Source of the DNA: Escherichia phage AV127
Reading direction: 5' to 3' (one strand)
Sequence record: OR352957
DNA: 53,045 nucleotides
Below the pieces are notes generated by a model. It was not told the origin of the DNA and searched no databases. It saw only the letters and a list, made by a program, of their open reading frames with translations. Shown here one piece after another: positions 18,447-28,202 of this stretch (position 1 is its first letter; each line of letters begins with the position of its first letter). Made by a program: the position numbers and the translations under genes.

Positions 18447-21403
18447 TGCACACGATGTTGCTTAAAGACGGATCAGACCATCGAGCTAATGTCGAAAGCC
18501 TTATCGAAGGTCACCACCATTTTCTTGAGCGCAATACTGGTAGAACTGACGACGCTACACGTCAGCACTATATCTTCAACCCAGAAGGAGTAGTGTCGAA
18601 CAACCGCCATTTTATTGCGCACACTATGATGGAGTACCAGCCTAACGGTGATGCTCCGTCTGAAAGTCAGTCGCTGCTAATACTCGGCGAAATTCACGCG
18701 TACCTTGCTACTAAGGAACAGCGGTACCTTGATAAAGCAATTGAGTACTTCAATGCTTACGTCAAGTACTATTACGAGGGGGACCCAATCCCTGATACTC
18801 CTCGTCGCTGGATCGCTAACTGGCTTTGTAATGGCAAAGAGCCTGTGCTAGCCAGCTTCCCAATCAACCCTGATTCACCAACACAAGGCGGCTATAAAAA
18901 TGTGCCAGTTAAATTTGTTAACGGCAAAGCACAAATCCCTCATGGTTCTCCTTTCTGGGGCGAGTACCTGGATGTTGCTACTTGGGCCCACAGGGGACAC
19001 ATGGCTTGGCCTGCTATTAATGGTGGTGTCCGTGTTATTAAAAATAAAGTTGACTGGGACGATATTTACAACAATTATCGCATCACTACCATGCCAGCTG
19101 ACCCGTGGAATCAGTTAGCCTGGATTGACTGGCCGAGGTATCTGGGCGAACCAAGCTACACTGTGGACTGGTCAGCTGCTGAACCTCCTGTACATCTCAT
19201 CGAGTATATTGTTGCGTGGACCAATAACAAGATTGGTGTTCTACCTGGCAAAAACGATGAGCTATGGGGAGGCGAGATTCTTGAGTCTGGACTGCCTGAC
19301 TCTCGCAGAGGTGAGATTCAACTCCGTGACCACACTGTCAACGGTGTGTATCTGCTTAACTATGCTGTTAAGCTTCCTGTTGAACACGGTGGTTATTTGC
19401 TTAAGCGAAATGAAGTATGGCACAACAGACCGGTAAACGTTCCATTGTACGGCGAGCTTCAACGCGGTAACGCTGCTGATGCTGAGTTGTGGTTCTGTGA
19501 CTGCTGCTATATGCTGTGGCGAATTACTAACGAGCAAAAGTATTACAACGCTTGGCAAGCTGTCCTGTTTACACTGGAGGAGTATATTGACATCGATAAA
19601 CAAGACCAGTTCTTCCGACAAGACACTCACGCGTCGTCTCCGTTTACTGATGGCATCTCTTATGATTGGTCTTATCCTGAACTGGCACAAGCTATATACT
19701 CACGTGATGAAAATGGTTATATAGTTCTACGTCAGAACCAAAAAGCTCAATCATCTCTGGAGCAACAGGCTGTATGGTTTAAGTGTAAGCCAACAGCTAA
19801 GATACGTACAGAGGTTGGTGGTAAAGACGATGCTGGTCAGAATATCAGTGTCAAAGTGGAAATGTACATGAACCGTGAAAAGGTTGATGTTGAGCAAAAC
19901 ATCTATCGTTTTGTTGCGCAGCTACCTGCACTTGGCGCTTCACCTGCTAACTACGATATTCCGTTAAGCGACTTTGTTGCAGGTACTAAGCCGGACGGTT
20001 CTGAGTATATCTTAGCTGATATTCGTTCATCCACTGAGTATGGTAATGCCACTATTGCGGTGTCTTACCGTACTGACATACTTGACGGCAGACGTGGCAA
20101 CACTGTTCGTATGACAATACCGGATAGTTCGTCAGGTGCCATTATAGGCTTTTGGTTACTGGAATCTTCACAGGCACCTTTAAACTCGCTGACGTATACT
20201 TCTACAGGTCCGTTGTACATCAAAGTAACTGACGCACAGGGCTGGAGTTGGGTACGTGATTTACCTGCCGCACCAGGCTGGGTAACTCGGCAGATTCGTA
20301 CATGGGAGTTCAGGCTGGCGTCATACCAGGAAAACACAGGTACACCACCAGCTAACCCACAATTCGGCGAGATTAAGCAGTTCTCGTTTGTACTGCCTGA
20401 CGGCGTTAATACGTCGACAAGTATTAGCTGGTACTGTGTGAATGATGTTCCGCCTCGCTATAACTGGCCAATTGGTTATACGATTAAGTATCGTCTTACT
20501 TTCTCGGCTGATAACCCGTACACAGCTAAGCTTGGTGACTGTACTGTGCTGGACTATGAGAATGATAACCTTGCTTATACGCCAGGTGTTATTCCGTTCT
20601 CCAACATTTATAACCCTGACTCTCAGCAGTTTGACGGTTGGCACGGTCTACCTTACCCTGGGTATCAGTATCCGTTTGTCTTTACGCATGACGATACTGC
20701 AGCAGGTACAATCAGGCTGAACAACATGGTTAACTTTTTGTACGATTCTCAGCAATGGTACTTTAAGAAGTTTGGTCAGCTAGGTCCTGGTGCATCTGCT
20801 TTTATCTGGAACCGCTGGGATAACTTTAAATACGGTGTACCTGATACATTTACCATGTATCACTGGGGCAACGGTAGTGCATGGTCAGGTTACCAGCCTC
20901 GTGCTTACTTCTCCGCAGCACGTGGATGGTATGAGCTAGTAAACCGTGGTAAGCCGGTTCCGAGTAAGCTTATTGCTTATGTGGATAACTGGTCAAAATG
21001 GTTGCTTGACTTCATGGAAAGGTCAGGAGGTGTGTCACCTTCTAACTTCCCGCAAGAAGGTGTTGCTCTGCCAGTCCCTTCAGACTTCACAGGTCACATG
21101 TGTGGACTATGGCTTGCTGGTGCAGCTATGTCAGCCCTTTGTGGGTCAACAGTATCAGGACTTGATAAGCTGATGGATATGCTTGTCAATGAGCTAGAAG
21201 ACCACTATGACATAACTGGTATTCCGGGACATGTGATGGATGGTGGTTGGTCGCCAGCGTTACGCCTTGAAACTGGTACAGGACCTGAGAGCAACGCCAT
21301 GTACTATGGTTTTTACTCTGGCGAAATATTGCGAGGGTTGGGCTTATACCTGCTGTACAAAAACAAAGGGGCTAAAGCAGATATTTATGATTTAGGCCAG
21401 TAA
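18446..21403 (+). CDS. Large (985 aa) W/Y-rich protein, possible virion-associated carbohydrate-active enzyme
   Basis: Very high Trp/Tyr/Gly/Asn content; sits between neck genes and Ig-like proteins. Confidence 0.45.
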   Translation: MHTMLLKDGSDHRANVESLIEGHHHFLERNTGRTDDATRQHYIFNPEGVVSNNRHFIAHTMMEYQPNGDAPSESQSLLILGEIHAYLATKEQRYLDKAIEYFNAYVKYYYEGDPIPDTPRRWIANWLCNGKEPVLASFPINPDSPTQGGYKNVPVKFVNGKAQIPHGSPFWGEYLDVATWAHRGHMAWPAINGGVRVIKNKVDWDDIYNNYRITTMPADPWNQLAWIDWPRYLGEPSYTVDWSAAEPPVHLIEYIVAWTNNKIGVLPGKNDELWGGEILESGLPDSRRGEIQLRDHTVNGVYLLNYAVKLPVEHGGYLLKRNEVWHNRPVNVPLYGELQRGNAADAELWFCDCCYMLWRITNEQKYYNAWQAVLFTLEEYIDIDKQDQFFRQDTHASSPFTDGISYDWSYPELAQAIYSRDENGYIVLRQNQKAQSSLEQQAVWFKCKPTAKIRTEVGGKDDAGQNISVKVEMYMNREKVDVEQNIYRFVAQLPALGASPANYDIPLSDFVAGTKPDGSEYILADIRSSTEYGNATIAVSYRTDILDGRRGNTVRMTIPDSSSGAIIGFWLLESSQAPLNSLTYTSTGPLYIKVTDAQGWSWVRDLPAAPGWVTRQIRTWEFRLASYQENTGTPPANPQFGEIKQFSFVLPDGVNTSTSISWYCVNDVPPRYNWPIGYTIKYRLTFSADNPYTAKLGDCTVLDYENDNLAYTPGVIPFSNIYNPDSQQFDGWHGLPYPGYQYPFVFTHDDTAAGTIRLNNMVNFLYDSQQWYFKKFGQLGPGASAFIWNRWDNFKYGVPDTFTMYHWGNGSAWSGYQPRAYFSAARGWYELVNRGKPVPSKLIAYVDNWSKWLLDFMERSGGVSPSNFPQEGVALPVPSDFTGHMCGLWLAGAAMSALCGSTVSGLDKLMDMLVNELEDHYDITGIPGHVMDGGWSPALRLETGTGPESNAMYYGFYSGEILRGLGLYLLYKNKGAKADIYDLGQ

Positions 21404-21409
21404 CCACTA

Positions 21410-21438
21410 TTTACTTAACCGAGGCGCCAGCCTATAAT
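21410..21438 (+). promoter_or_regulatory. Promoter TTTACT-N17-TATAAT; -10 lies in the loop of an 8-bp GC palindrome (21424-21448)
   Basis: TTTACT 21410-21415, TATAAT 21433-21438; arms GCGCCAGC / GCTGGCGC. Confidence 0.5.
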
Positions 21439-21470
21439 AAGCTGGCGCACCCAATAAGAGGATTCTCCAG

Positions 21471-22109
21471 ATGGCAAATCGTACTACAGCCAACCGTCCT
21501 GTTAAAGACGCAGACCTGCGTCAAGAGTCGGTTACTCAGTTCCCGTTATCCAAGCCTACCAAGCTTGACGAGAACGGAAAGTTCATTCCAACTCCAGTTA
21601 CTGGTGTAACTGTTACCCCTGATTCTAAGTCAATTGCTGTTGGTGAGTTTACTACTCTGACAGCAGCAGTAGCCCCGGCAGACGCAGATGACGTCACCGT
21701 ATTGTGGGAAAGTGATACACCTGCTAATGCCACTGTTGATGGTTCAGGTCGTGTTCAGGGTATCAAAGTAGGTTCAGCAACTATTACTGCTCGATCCAAG
21801 CTTGACCCTGCCAAAACCGATACTGTAGCAATTACGGTAACTGCTCCACCTGTAGCTGTCACCGGTGTTACGTTAGCACCTAAGTCGCCCAGCGTTGTAG
21901 TAGGCTATACTGTACAACTGACTGCAACTGTGCTGCCTGCTGGCGCTACTAACAAAGCTGTTACTTACGAATCAAACGACCAGGCTAAAGCCACCGTTAG
22001 TGCAACTGGTCTGGTAACCGGTAAAGCAGCTGGTGTCGTCACCATCACTGTCAAAACAGCTGATGGCAGCTTCACTGACACCGCGTCAGTAACTGTTACT
22101 GCCGAGTAA
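21471..22109 (+). CDS. Ig-like (Big_2-type) domain protein
   Basis: Repeats such as VTGVTLAPKSPSVVVGYTVQLTATVLPAGATNKAVTYESND...ATVSATGLVTGKAAG. Confidence 0.6.
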   Translation: MANRTTANRPVKDADLRQESVTQFPLSKPTKLDENGKFIPTPVTGVTVTPDSKSIAVGEFTTLTAAVAPADADDVTVLWESDTPANATVDGSGRVQGIKVGSATITARSKLDPAKTDTVAITVTAPPVAVTGVTLAPKSPSVVVGYTVQLTATVLPAGATNKAVTYESNDQAKATVSATGLVTGKAAGVVTITVKTADGSFTDTASVTVTAE

Positions 22110-22117
22110 GGAGCTGA

Positions 22118-24250
22118 TTGATGTCGCTTCCACTTAATGAGGTTGTCGACGTCCAGTTCAGTAAGAGCAACGGGGGTAAAGGCTTTACCCCCAGTGTTCC
22201 GCTGGAAGGTATAATGCTTTCCAACTACGAGTACTCAATCGTTGCGGGTGATGACCCTGTTCAGCTAGTTGTGCGTTACATTCCAAACAACGCTACTGAG
22301 CGTGGTATGGCATGGAAATCTAGCGACCCAGATGTTATCACTGTTGATGAGCTCGGATTTGTGAAGCCACTGGCGGAAGGTGTTGCATACGTGACTGGTA
22401 CGTCTGTTGACGGCGGTTATACAGTACGGGCAAAGTTTAACATTGCTCGGGCACCTATCCTTGTTGAATCTGTTACAGTGTCTCCCACAAGTGTGACACT
22501 TGAAGAGGGCAAGACTCAACGCCTGACATACACCTATTTACCTGCTAATGCAGACAAACCTGATTTCTACTGGATTTCAGACGATGAGTCTGTTGCTATC
22601 GTTAACGACAGCGGGCTTGTCACTGCCATTGGAGATGGCGAAACAACTGTAAACGTACAGTACGGTGTTGACAGCTCTATATTCGATAGCTGTACTGTAA
22701 CTGTTATTCCGCCTGTTGTACACGTTACAGGAGTTGAGTTTCTTACTCAGTCGCCTCTTAACGTTAATATCGGAAGCACAGCTGGGACTAGTATTCGTAT
22801 ATCGCCAGAATACGCCACTGATAAAACAGTGACATACGAAAGCAGTGCGCCTGATGTAGCAACTGTGGATACTGACGGAAATGTTACTGGTATTATAGCT
22901 GGTAATGCCACTGTTACTGTTAAGACTAATGACGGTGATAAGACTGACACTCTTGACATTATAGTCAGGGTGCCTGCTGTAAATGTTACCGGTGTAAGTA
23001 TTGACGAAGGCGATACAGCTTCCATGGAAGTTGGAGACACTCTTCAGCTGCATGCCACTGTGACTCCTGAAAATGCTACTGACCCATCTGTTGTATGGAG
23101 TGCTCCTGTATCAGAAGTTGCGTCTGTTACTGAAGCTGGTTTGGTAACCGCTAACGCTGCAGGCTTAATTGATGTTACTGTTATCACTAACGACGGGAAC
23201 TTTACTGACAGAATCGAGGTTAAAGTTACAGACCCAAGTATCGCAGTTACGGATGTTGCATGGGCTCCTGACTCTCCGACTAAAGTAAGCGCTGGCCATC
23301 AGGTGCAGACTAAAATTGTTATAACACCTGACAACGCAACCAACAAAAAAGTCAGTTACAATAGCTCAAACCCTGACGCTGTTACTGTTGACACTAACGG
23401 AGTTATATACGGTCAATCCCCTGGAACTTCGACTATTACAGTTACAACAGACGACGGTGGACTTGAGGCTTCATTTGTAGCGACTTGCACGGAGGTGGCT
23501 GTTATTACACCAGATGGTCTTGGTGGTATTCCAATTGGTGGTACTCAGCAGTTCACTTATACTGTTAGCCCGTCTGATGCGGATCTAACTGATATTCGTT
23601 ACGAATCTGCTAACCCAGCTATTGCAACTGTTGATTCGTCTGGCGTTGTAACTGGTGTTGCTGAGGGCGGATGTAATATCTGGATTTACGCAACTAGTAA
23701 TGGCGCTGACATTAGCGTAGCTACGTGGGCACAAATTTCTGAGAGGGTACAGGTCTATCCGCAGTATGCTGAATGGCTTGTGGGTAACACCAAACAGCTT
23801 GATGTTGAGATCTATCCGTCGGACTCTAAGAGCGTTACTGTTACTTATGAATCGTCAAATGACGCTATCATTAGTATAGATGCAAATGGCTTGATGACTG
23901 CTAAGTCTGAAGGTTCAGCAACTATTACTGCTAACGTTGTGATGAACGGTGTTGCTGCTTCTGGTACAACATCTCCTTACGTGTCTGAGCTTTCTGTTAC
24001 TACCGATTCGCTGCCTGCACTTACTGTTGGCAACACGCAGCAGCTGGTTGTAACTGTTAGACCTGAATACGCTAAGACAGACCCAGGCTATAACATTCAG
24101 TATACAACTACAGACGATACTGTCGCTACTGTAAGTAATACCGGTGTTATTACTGGCGTTGGTAACGGTGGATGTCGTATTGGTGCCACAGTAACTGTGA
24201 GAAATGCTACAGCGTCGGACAGCTCTTATCAGTCCGTCGATGCAGCATAA
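22118..24250 (+). CDS. Multi-repeat Ig-like (Big_2-type) domain protein, 710 aa
   Basis: At least six tandem ~90-aa units with the V.VTGV...L.V...L.ATV.P..AT...V.W.S motif. Confidence 0.6.
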   Translation: MMSLPLNEVVDVQFSKSNGGKGFTPSVPLEGIMLSNYEYSIVAGDDPVQLVVRYIPNNATERGMAWKSSDPDVITVDELGFVKPLAEGVAYVTGTSVDGGYTVRAKFNIARAPILVESVTVSPTSVTLEEGKTQRLTYTYLPANADKPDFYWISDDESVAIVNDSGLVTAIGDGETTVNVQYGVDSSIFDSCTVTVIPPVVHVTGVEFLTQSPLNVNIGSTAGTSIRISPEYATDKTVTYESSAPDVATVDTDGNVTGIIAGNATVTVKTNDGDKTDTLDIIVRVPAVNVTGVSIDEGDTASMEVGDTLQLHATVTPENATDPSVVWSAPVSEVASVTEAGLVTANAAGLIDVTVITNDGNFTDRIEVKVTDPSIAVTDVAWAPDSPTKVSAGHQVQTKIVITPDNATNKKVSYNSSNPDAVTVDTNGVIYGQSPGTSTITVTTDDGGLEASFVATCTEVAVITPDGLGGIPIGGTQQFTYTVSPSDADLTDIRYESANPAIATVDSSGVVTGVAEGGCNIWIYATSNGADISVATWAQISERVQVYPQYAEWLVGNTKQLDVEIYPSDSKSVTVTYESSNDAIISIDANGLMTAKSEGSATITANVVMNGVAASGTTSPYVSELSVTTDSLPALTVGNTQQLVVTVRPEYAKTDPGYNIQYTTTDDTVATVSNTGVITGVGNGGCRIGATVTVRNATASDSSYQSVDAA

Positions 24251-24275
24251 AAATTAATTAACTTTGCACTGGCCA

Positions 24276-24304
24276 TTTACTTGGTTAAACTTACTGAGTA
24301 TAAT
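24276..24304 (+). promoter_or_regulatory. Promoter TTTACT-N17-TATAAT bracketed by 7-bp inverted repeat GGCCATT/AATGGCC
   Basis: TTTACT 24276-24281, TATAAT 24299-24304; IR arms 24271-24277 and 24302-24308. Confidence 0.5.
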
Positions 24305-24336
24305 GGCCGGAAAGTCCACCCAAGAGGTAAACAAAA

Positions 24337-25476
24337 ATGCCGTTGAATGTAAACCAGATTGTAAACGTTCAACTGAACAACACTCCAACTGGTATCAGCA
24401 AAGGTGACTTCGGTAAGCTGGCTCTTTTAACTCAGGACCCTGGCACTGCTTTTCCTGACAGCGAAAACGGACACTATGTTGAAATCGGCAGCTACGCTGA
24501 CGCCGAGTCTTATTGGGGTTCTGGTTCAGTTGTACTTGGCGCGTTGAAGATTTTCTTTGCACAATCTCCGCGTCCTCGTTCAGTAGTTATCGCCTCATGG
24601 AACAGCACCTCTACTCTGGATGCGGCTATTAAAGCATTCAACGATGTGTACCCTGACTGGTATGTTCTGCGTCCGCTTCCACCTACTGGTGAGCTGTCTG
24701 ACGCTGACATCGATTTGCTGGCGTCAACTGTTGCTGCTTACGACAAAAAGCGTTGTAGCTATACTACCACTAAAGCAACTCATATTGAAAACAGCGACTC
24801 CAACCCGATTAAAGTTCTGGCTGGTAAAGGCTACAACAATATGTGGCTTCAGTACGATAAGAACAACCAACACTACGCAGATATTTCTGCTATGGCGCGT
24901 GCTCTGTCTGTTAACTTCTCTGGTAACCGCACTACGATTACCATGAAGTTCAAACAAGAGCCTGGTATTACACCGAACAACACTTTAACGCTCACTGAAG
25001 CTAACAAGTGTAAAGCGCTGGGTATTAACTGGTACACCTACTACAGCACCTTTGCTATGCTTGCAGAAGGTACTGTCCTCGGTACGTCCAAGCCGCCGCG
25101 CTTCTGGGATGAAGTACATGGTCTCGACTGGTTCTGTAACGCTGTCCAGACTTATGTCTTCAACTCAATCGCTACGTCACCCACGAAGGTGCCGCAGACG
25201 AACAAAGGTCACGAGCGCCTTACCGGTGCTGCAGCTGTTGCCTGTCAGCAGGCTGTCGACAACGGCTTGGTTGCGCCTGGTATCTGGTACGGTGATGAGT
25301 TTGGTACACTGTCTTATGGCGACCGACTCGAAACAGGTTTCTACATCTACATCCCTGACGTAGATGACCAGCCTCTGGATGAGCGTGAAGCTCGTCAGGC
25401 CGTTGTAATGCAAATCGCGATTAAGCTGGCTGGTGCAATCCACTCCAGCGACATCCTGATTAACTTCACTCGCTAA
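24337..25476 (+). CDS. Putative tail sheath protein
   Basis: 379 aa immediately before a 140-aa tube-like ORF, chaperone and tape measure. Confidence 0.5.
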   Translation: MPLNVNQIVNVQLNNTPTGISKGDFGKLALLTQDPGTAFPDSENGHYVEIGSYADAESYWGSGSVVLGALKIFFAQSPRPRSVVIASWNSTSTLDAAIKAFNDVYPDWYVLRPLPPTGELSDADIDLLASTVAAYDKKRCSYTTTKATHIENSDSNPIKVLAGKGYNNMWLQYDKNNQHYADISAMARALSVNFSGNRTTITMKFKQEPGITPNNTLTLTEANKCKALGINWYTYYSTFAMLAEGTVLGTSKPPRFWDEVHGLDWFCNAVQTYVFNSIATSPTKVPQTNKGHERLTGAAAVACQQAVDNGLVAPGIWYGDEFGTLSYGDRLETGFYIYIPDVDDQPLDEREARQAVVMQIAIKLAGAIHSSDILINFTR

Positions 25477-25487
25477 GGAGCAGATCA

Positions 25488-25910
25488 ATGATCATCGATT
25501 CTTCTGAATGCGTGTTGAGCCTGAATGGTGTTCAGCTGTCCGACTGGGCAGACGGTGCCGATGTCATTGACGTGCAATGGGTGGACCCAGCTTCCACCTA
25601 TCTTGCAGGTGCAGATGGCAATGGCATTCAGATTATGAACCCGTCCAAAGCNNCTATCAAGGTTAAGCAAAATGGTCCGGATGCCAAATGGCTTAACGAC
25701 CAGTACAACCTGCAGCGTAACAACATTCGTGGATTTGTCCCGTTTGTGCTGCAAGCCAAAGACCTGCTAAACCAGGATTTGGCATGGGGCAAAAAAGGTT
25801 ACTTTACCGATGGTTCCCCGTGGACTCGCGGTAACGGCCATAACCCGACTACCTTCGCTATTGTGTTCCACCAAGGTGGTATGCAGTTGACTGAAGGCTT
25901 TGACCAGTAA
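25488..25910 (+). CDS. Putative tail tube protein (contains 2-nt N gap at 25651-25652)
   Basis: 140 aa after sheath-like gene. Confidence 0.5.
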   Translation: MIIDSSECVLSLNGVQLSDWADGADVIDVQWVDPASTYLAGADGNGIQIMNPSKXXIKVKQNGPDAKWLNDQYNLQRNNIRGFVPFVLQAKDLLNQDLAWGKKGYFTDGSPWTRGNGHNPTTFAIVFHQGGMQLTEGFDQ

Positions 25911-25928
25911 CAATAGAGGAAAGCACAA

Positions 25929-26357
25929 ATGACTGAGCCCAAATCATTTGACATCGACGACGTAACGTACAACATGACACTCGCAAACGCGCTACAAGCC
26001 TGGACGGTCCTGAAAAAAGCAGGTAAGCTGTTCAAAGGCATCGGTAACGCTGACATTGTGGGTAAAGACGGCAAAGTGGACGGTAAGAAAGCAATGCTGG
26101 TCCTGTTGGACGCTGTTCTGGAGAACGCAGGTTCTGACGAGATGACAGCTATTGAGGAACTAATCTTCCGCAATACTGTTGTTGTAGTTGATGGCAAACC
26201 GCGTAAGCTGTCTGACTGTAAAGACCAACACTTCAACGCACATCGTAGCCATATCTTCGGTGTGCTCAAGGAGGGATTGGTATATCAGTTCGCGGATTTT
26301 TTCAAAGGGAATGGCCTGTCAGGTCTAGCGGGTCTAGCCACGCCCTTGACGAAATAA
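25929..26357 (+). CDS. Tail assembly chaperone
   Basis: 142 aa directly upstream of tape measure; slippery heptamer near its 3' end. Confidence 0.5.
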   Translation: MTEPKSFDIDDVTYNMTLANALQAWTVLKKAGKLFKGIGNADIVGKDGKVDGKKAMLVLLDAVLENAGSDEMTAIEELIFRNTVVVVDGKPRKLSDCKDQHFNAHRSHIFGVLKEGLVYQFADFFKGNGLSGLAGLATPLTK

Positions 26358-26539
26358 AACGCAAGCAACAGTCAGGGACGCAAGAAACTGACTGGTTCGT
26401 TTGGCTTCCTATTCTCAAGGGTCATGTGACCCTTGCAGAATTAAAGTCGTCTTATAGCTTGTGTGATTTGTGCGACCTGCATATTGCTATTCTGGACTAT
26501 GCCGAGTTAGAGGAAATCCATGGCGACCATAATCGATAG
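26297..26539 (+). other. Candidate -1 programmed frameshift: slippery heptamer T TTT TTC (26297-26303) opens a -1 frame to stop 26537-26539
   Basis: Hand translation: -1 frame from 26300 is stop-free for ~80 codons and ends just inside the tape-measure start. Confidence 0.45.
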
Positions 26540-28202
26540 CTTTCTGGTAACGCTTGAGAGTAAAGCCGATAGTACTGGCTTTGACCTCTTCGACCAGCTG
26601 TCCCGCCGTTTTGTGATTACCCTCGGCGATGTAATCAATCTTGCTGAGCGTGCTGCTGGTGCGCTCGGCAGGATGTTTGCGCCTGCGTTAGAGGCCGACG
26701 TACTCGCTGCCAAGATTAAAGGCTTCGGCTACGACGTCGAATCGACGTGGAAAACGCTGATGGATATGTCTCTGCAAATGGGTACACCATTCCAGGAGGC
26801 ACTAGACGGCTTTACTAAACTTAAATCGTATGGCGTTGACCCATTAAACGGTTCGCTACAAATGCTCAAAACAATCACTGCTGCAACAGGCGGTGATTTG
26901 GCACGTACCATTGTTGCGTATGGCCAGGCGTCTGCGATGGGTTCATTGCAGGGCCAGGAAAAGAACCAGTTCATTAACGCCGGTGTTGACGTCTGGGGCG
27001 CATTGTCCCGCTACACTGGTAAGAAGCTTGGCGAGCTTCAGGATATGATGCGGCAGAAGCAAATCACTGCCGACATACTGACTAGCGCGCTCAAACAAGA
27101 AGCCGAACGTTTAAAACCAATTGCCCACGAAGTGTCTCAGACACTCAAAGCGCAGTTAACTAACCTGAGCACAATTTGGTATGCTGCTCGTTCTAAGATT
27201 GCCCAGACCAGAGTATGGGATGAGGTAACTAAAGGTGCGATAGGTATGGTTAAGTCACTCACAGCAGTGCTTAACGATACCACACTTACTGCGGCATTTA
27301 AAAAGTTCGACGAAGTTGTATTCAATACAATTGAAAACGTAAAACGACTTATCTACGTTATCGGGGATAACTTCCCGTTAATGGTTGCGATAACCTCATA
27401 CGCACTGCTGTCACTTATTCCCGTGCTGGCGGCACTTATTCCCTGGCTAGCTAAGGTCGGCAACGCCTTTGTGGGTTTAGCTACCAAAATGCTTATGAAT
27501 CCGCTCACGTGGTATGCACTGGCTATCGGCACAGTTGTTGCTGTACTCACTGACCTCGACGACGCTCTGGCAGGACGTGAGACAGTTGTTAAGTGGTCAA
27601 AAGATGTTGTAGCCGCATGGGGAATTGTCAAGCAGTATATCGTAGTTATTGCAGACTTTATTCTGTCAATATTTGACGGTCGCTTATGGAACAAACTCGG
27701 TAACTGGTGGCAAGGTTTCCTTGTTGAAGTTAAGCAAGGCATAGAGCAGATAAAGCTTTGGTTGTCTGAAGCACTTTACCAGCTGCCTGGTGGTAAGTTC
27801 CTGATGGCGTTGTTTGGTAAACTCGATTCTACACTAGGCTTTGCGGGCAACAAACTCGTGGCTGGTGCTGAAGCTACTGCTAACGCTGTGTCGCCTACAA
27901 CTGAACGGGGCGGAAGCTTCTGGAGTAGGGCGCTCAACTGGTCCATGCGTAACTTCAACCCTATCACAGGGGAGATGACAGCTGGCGGTCAGGCTATGCA
28001 GTCAGCTATAAATACTGCTAAGCAAAACCAACAGCAGAACGCAACTGTTATCCACCAGGATAATAGCGTTAAAGTTGATGCTACTATTACCGGTGTACAG
28101 AACCCACAAGAAGTAGGTCGTGAGGTCAATGACCAGGTCAAACAGGCGCAGAAAGAGAATGCTACTGTAAGGGCTAACAACAAAACGGCGGTAACACAAT
28201 GA
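26520..28202 (+). CDS. Tail tape measure protein
   Basis: 560 aa, Ala/Leu-rich helical, follows chaperone. Confidence 0.6.
   Translation: MATIIDSFLVTLESKADSTGFDLFDQLSRRFVITLGDVINLAERAAGALGRMFAPALEADVLAAKIKGFGYDVESTWKTLMDMSLQMGTPFQEALDGFTKLKSYGVDPLNGSLQMLKTITAATGGDLARTIVAYGQASAMGSLQGQEKNQFINAGVDVWGALSRYTGKKLGELQDMMRQKQITADILTSALKQEAERLKPIAHEVSQTLKAQLTNLSTIWYAARSKIAQTRVWDEVTKGAIGMVKSLTAVLNDTTLTAAFKKFDEVVFNTIENVKRLIYVIGDNFPLMVAITSYALLSLIPVLAALIPWLAKVGNAFVGLATKMLMNPLTWYALAIGTVVAVLTDLDDALAGRETVVKWSKDVVAAWGIVKQYIVVIADFILSIFDGRLWNKLGNWWQGFLVEVKQGIEQIKLWLSEALYQLPGGKFLMALFGKLDSTLGFAGNKLVAGAEATANAVSPTTERGGSFWSRALNWSMRNFNPITGEMTAGGQAMQSAINTAKQNQQQNATVIHQDNSVKVDATITGVQNPQEVGREVNDQVKQAQKENATVRANNKTAVTQ

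Noticed and set aside
24337-25476. Alternative reading of this ORF as a siphovirus major tail protein
   Set aside because: Downstream gene order (tube-sized ORF, chaperone, tape measure, hub/spike/J/I-like baseplate set) fits a contractile tail better; still unverified.
26416-26435. Near-palindrome CAAGGGTCATGTGACCCTTG as the frameshift stimulatory structure
   Set aside because: It lies about 115 nt downstream of the slippery heptamer, too far for a canonical stimulator; function left open.
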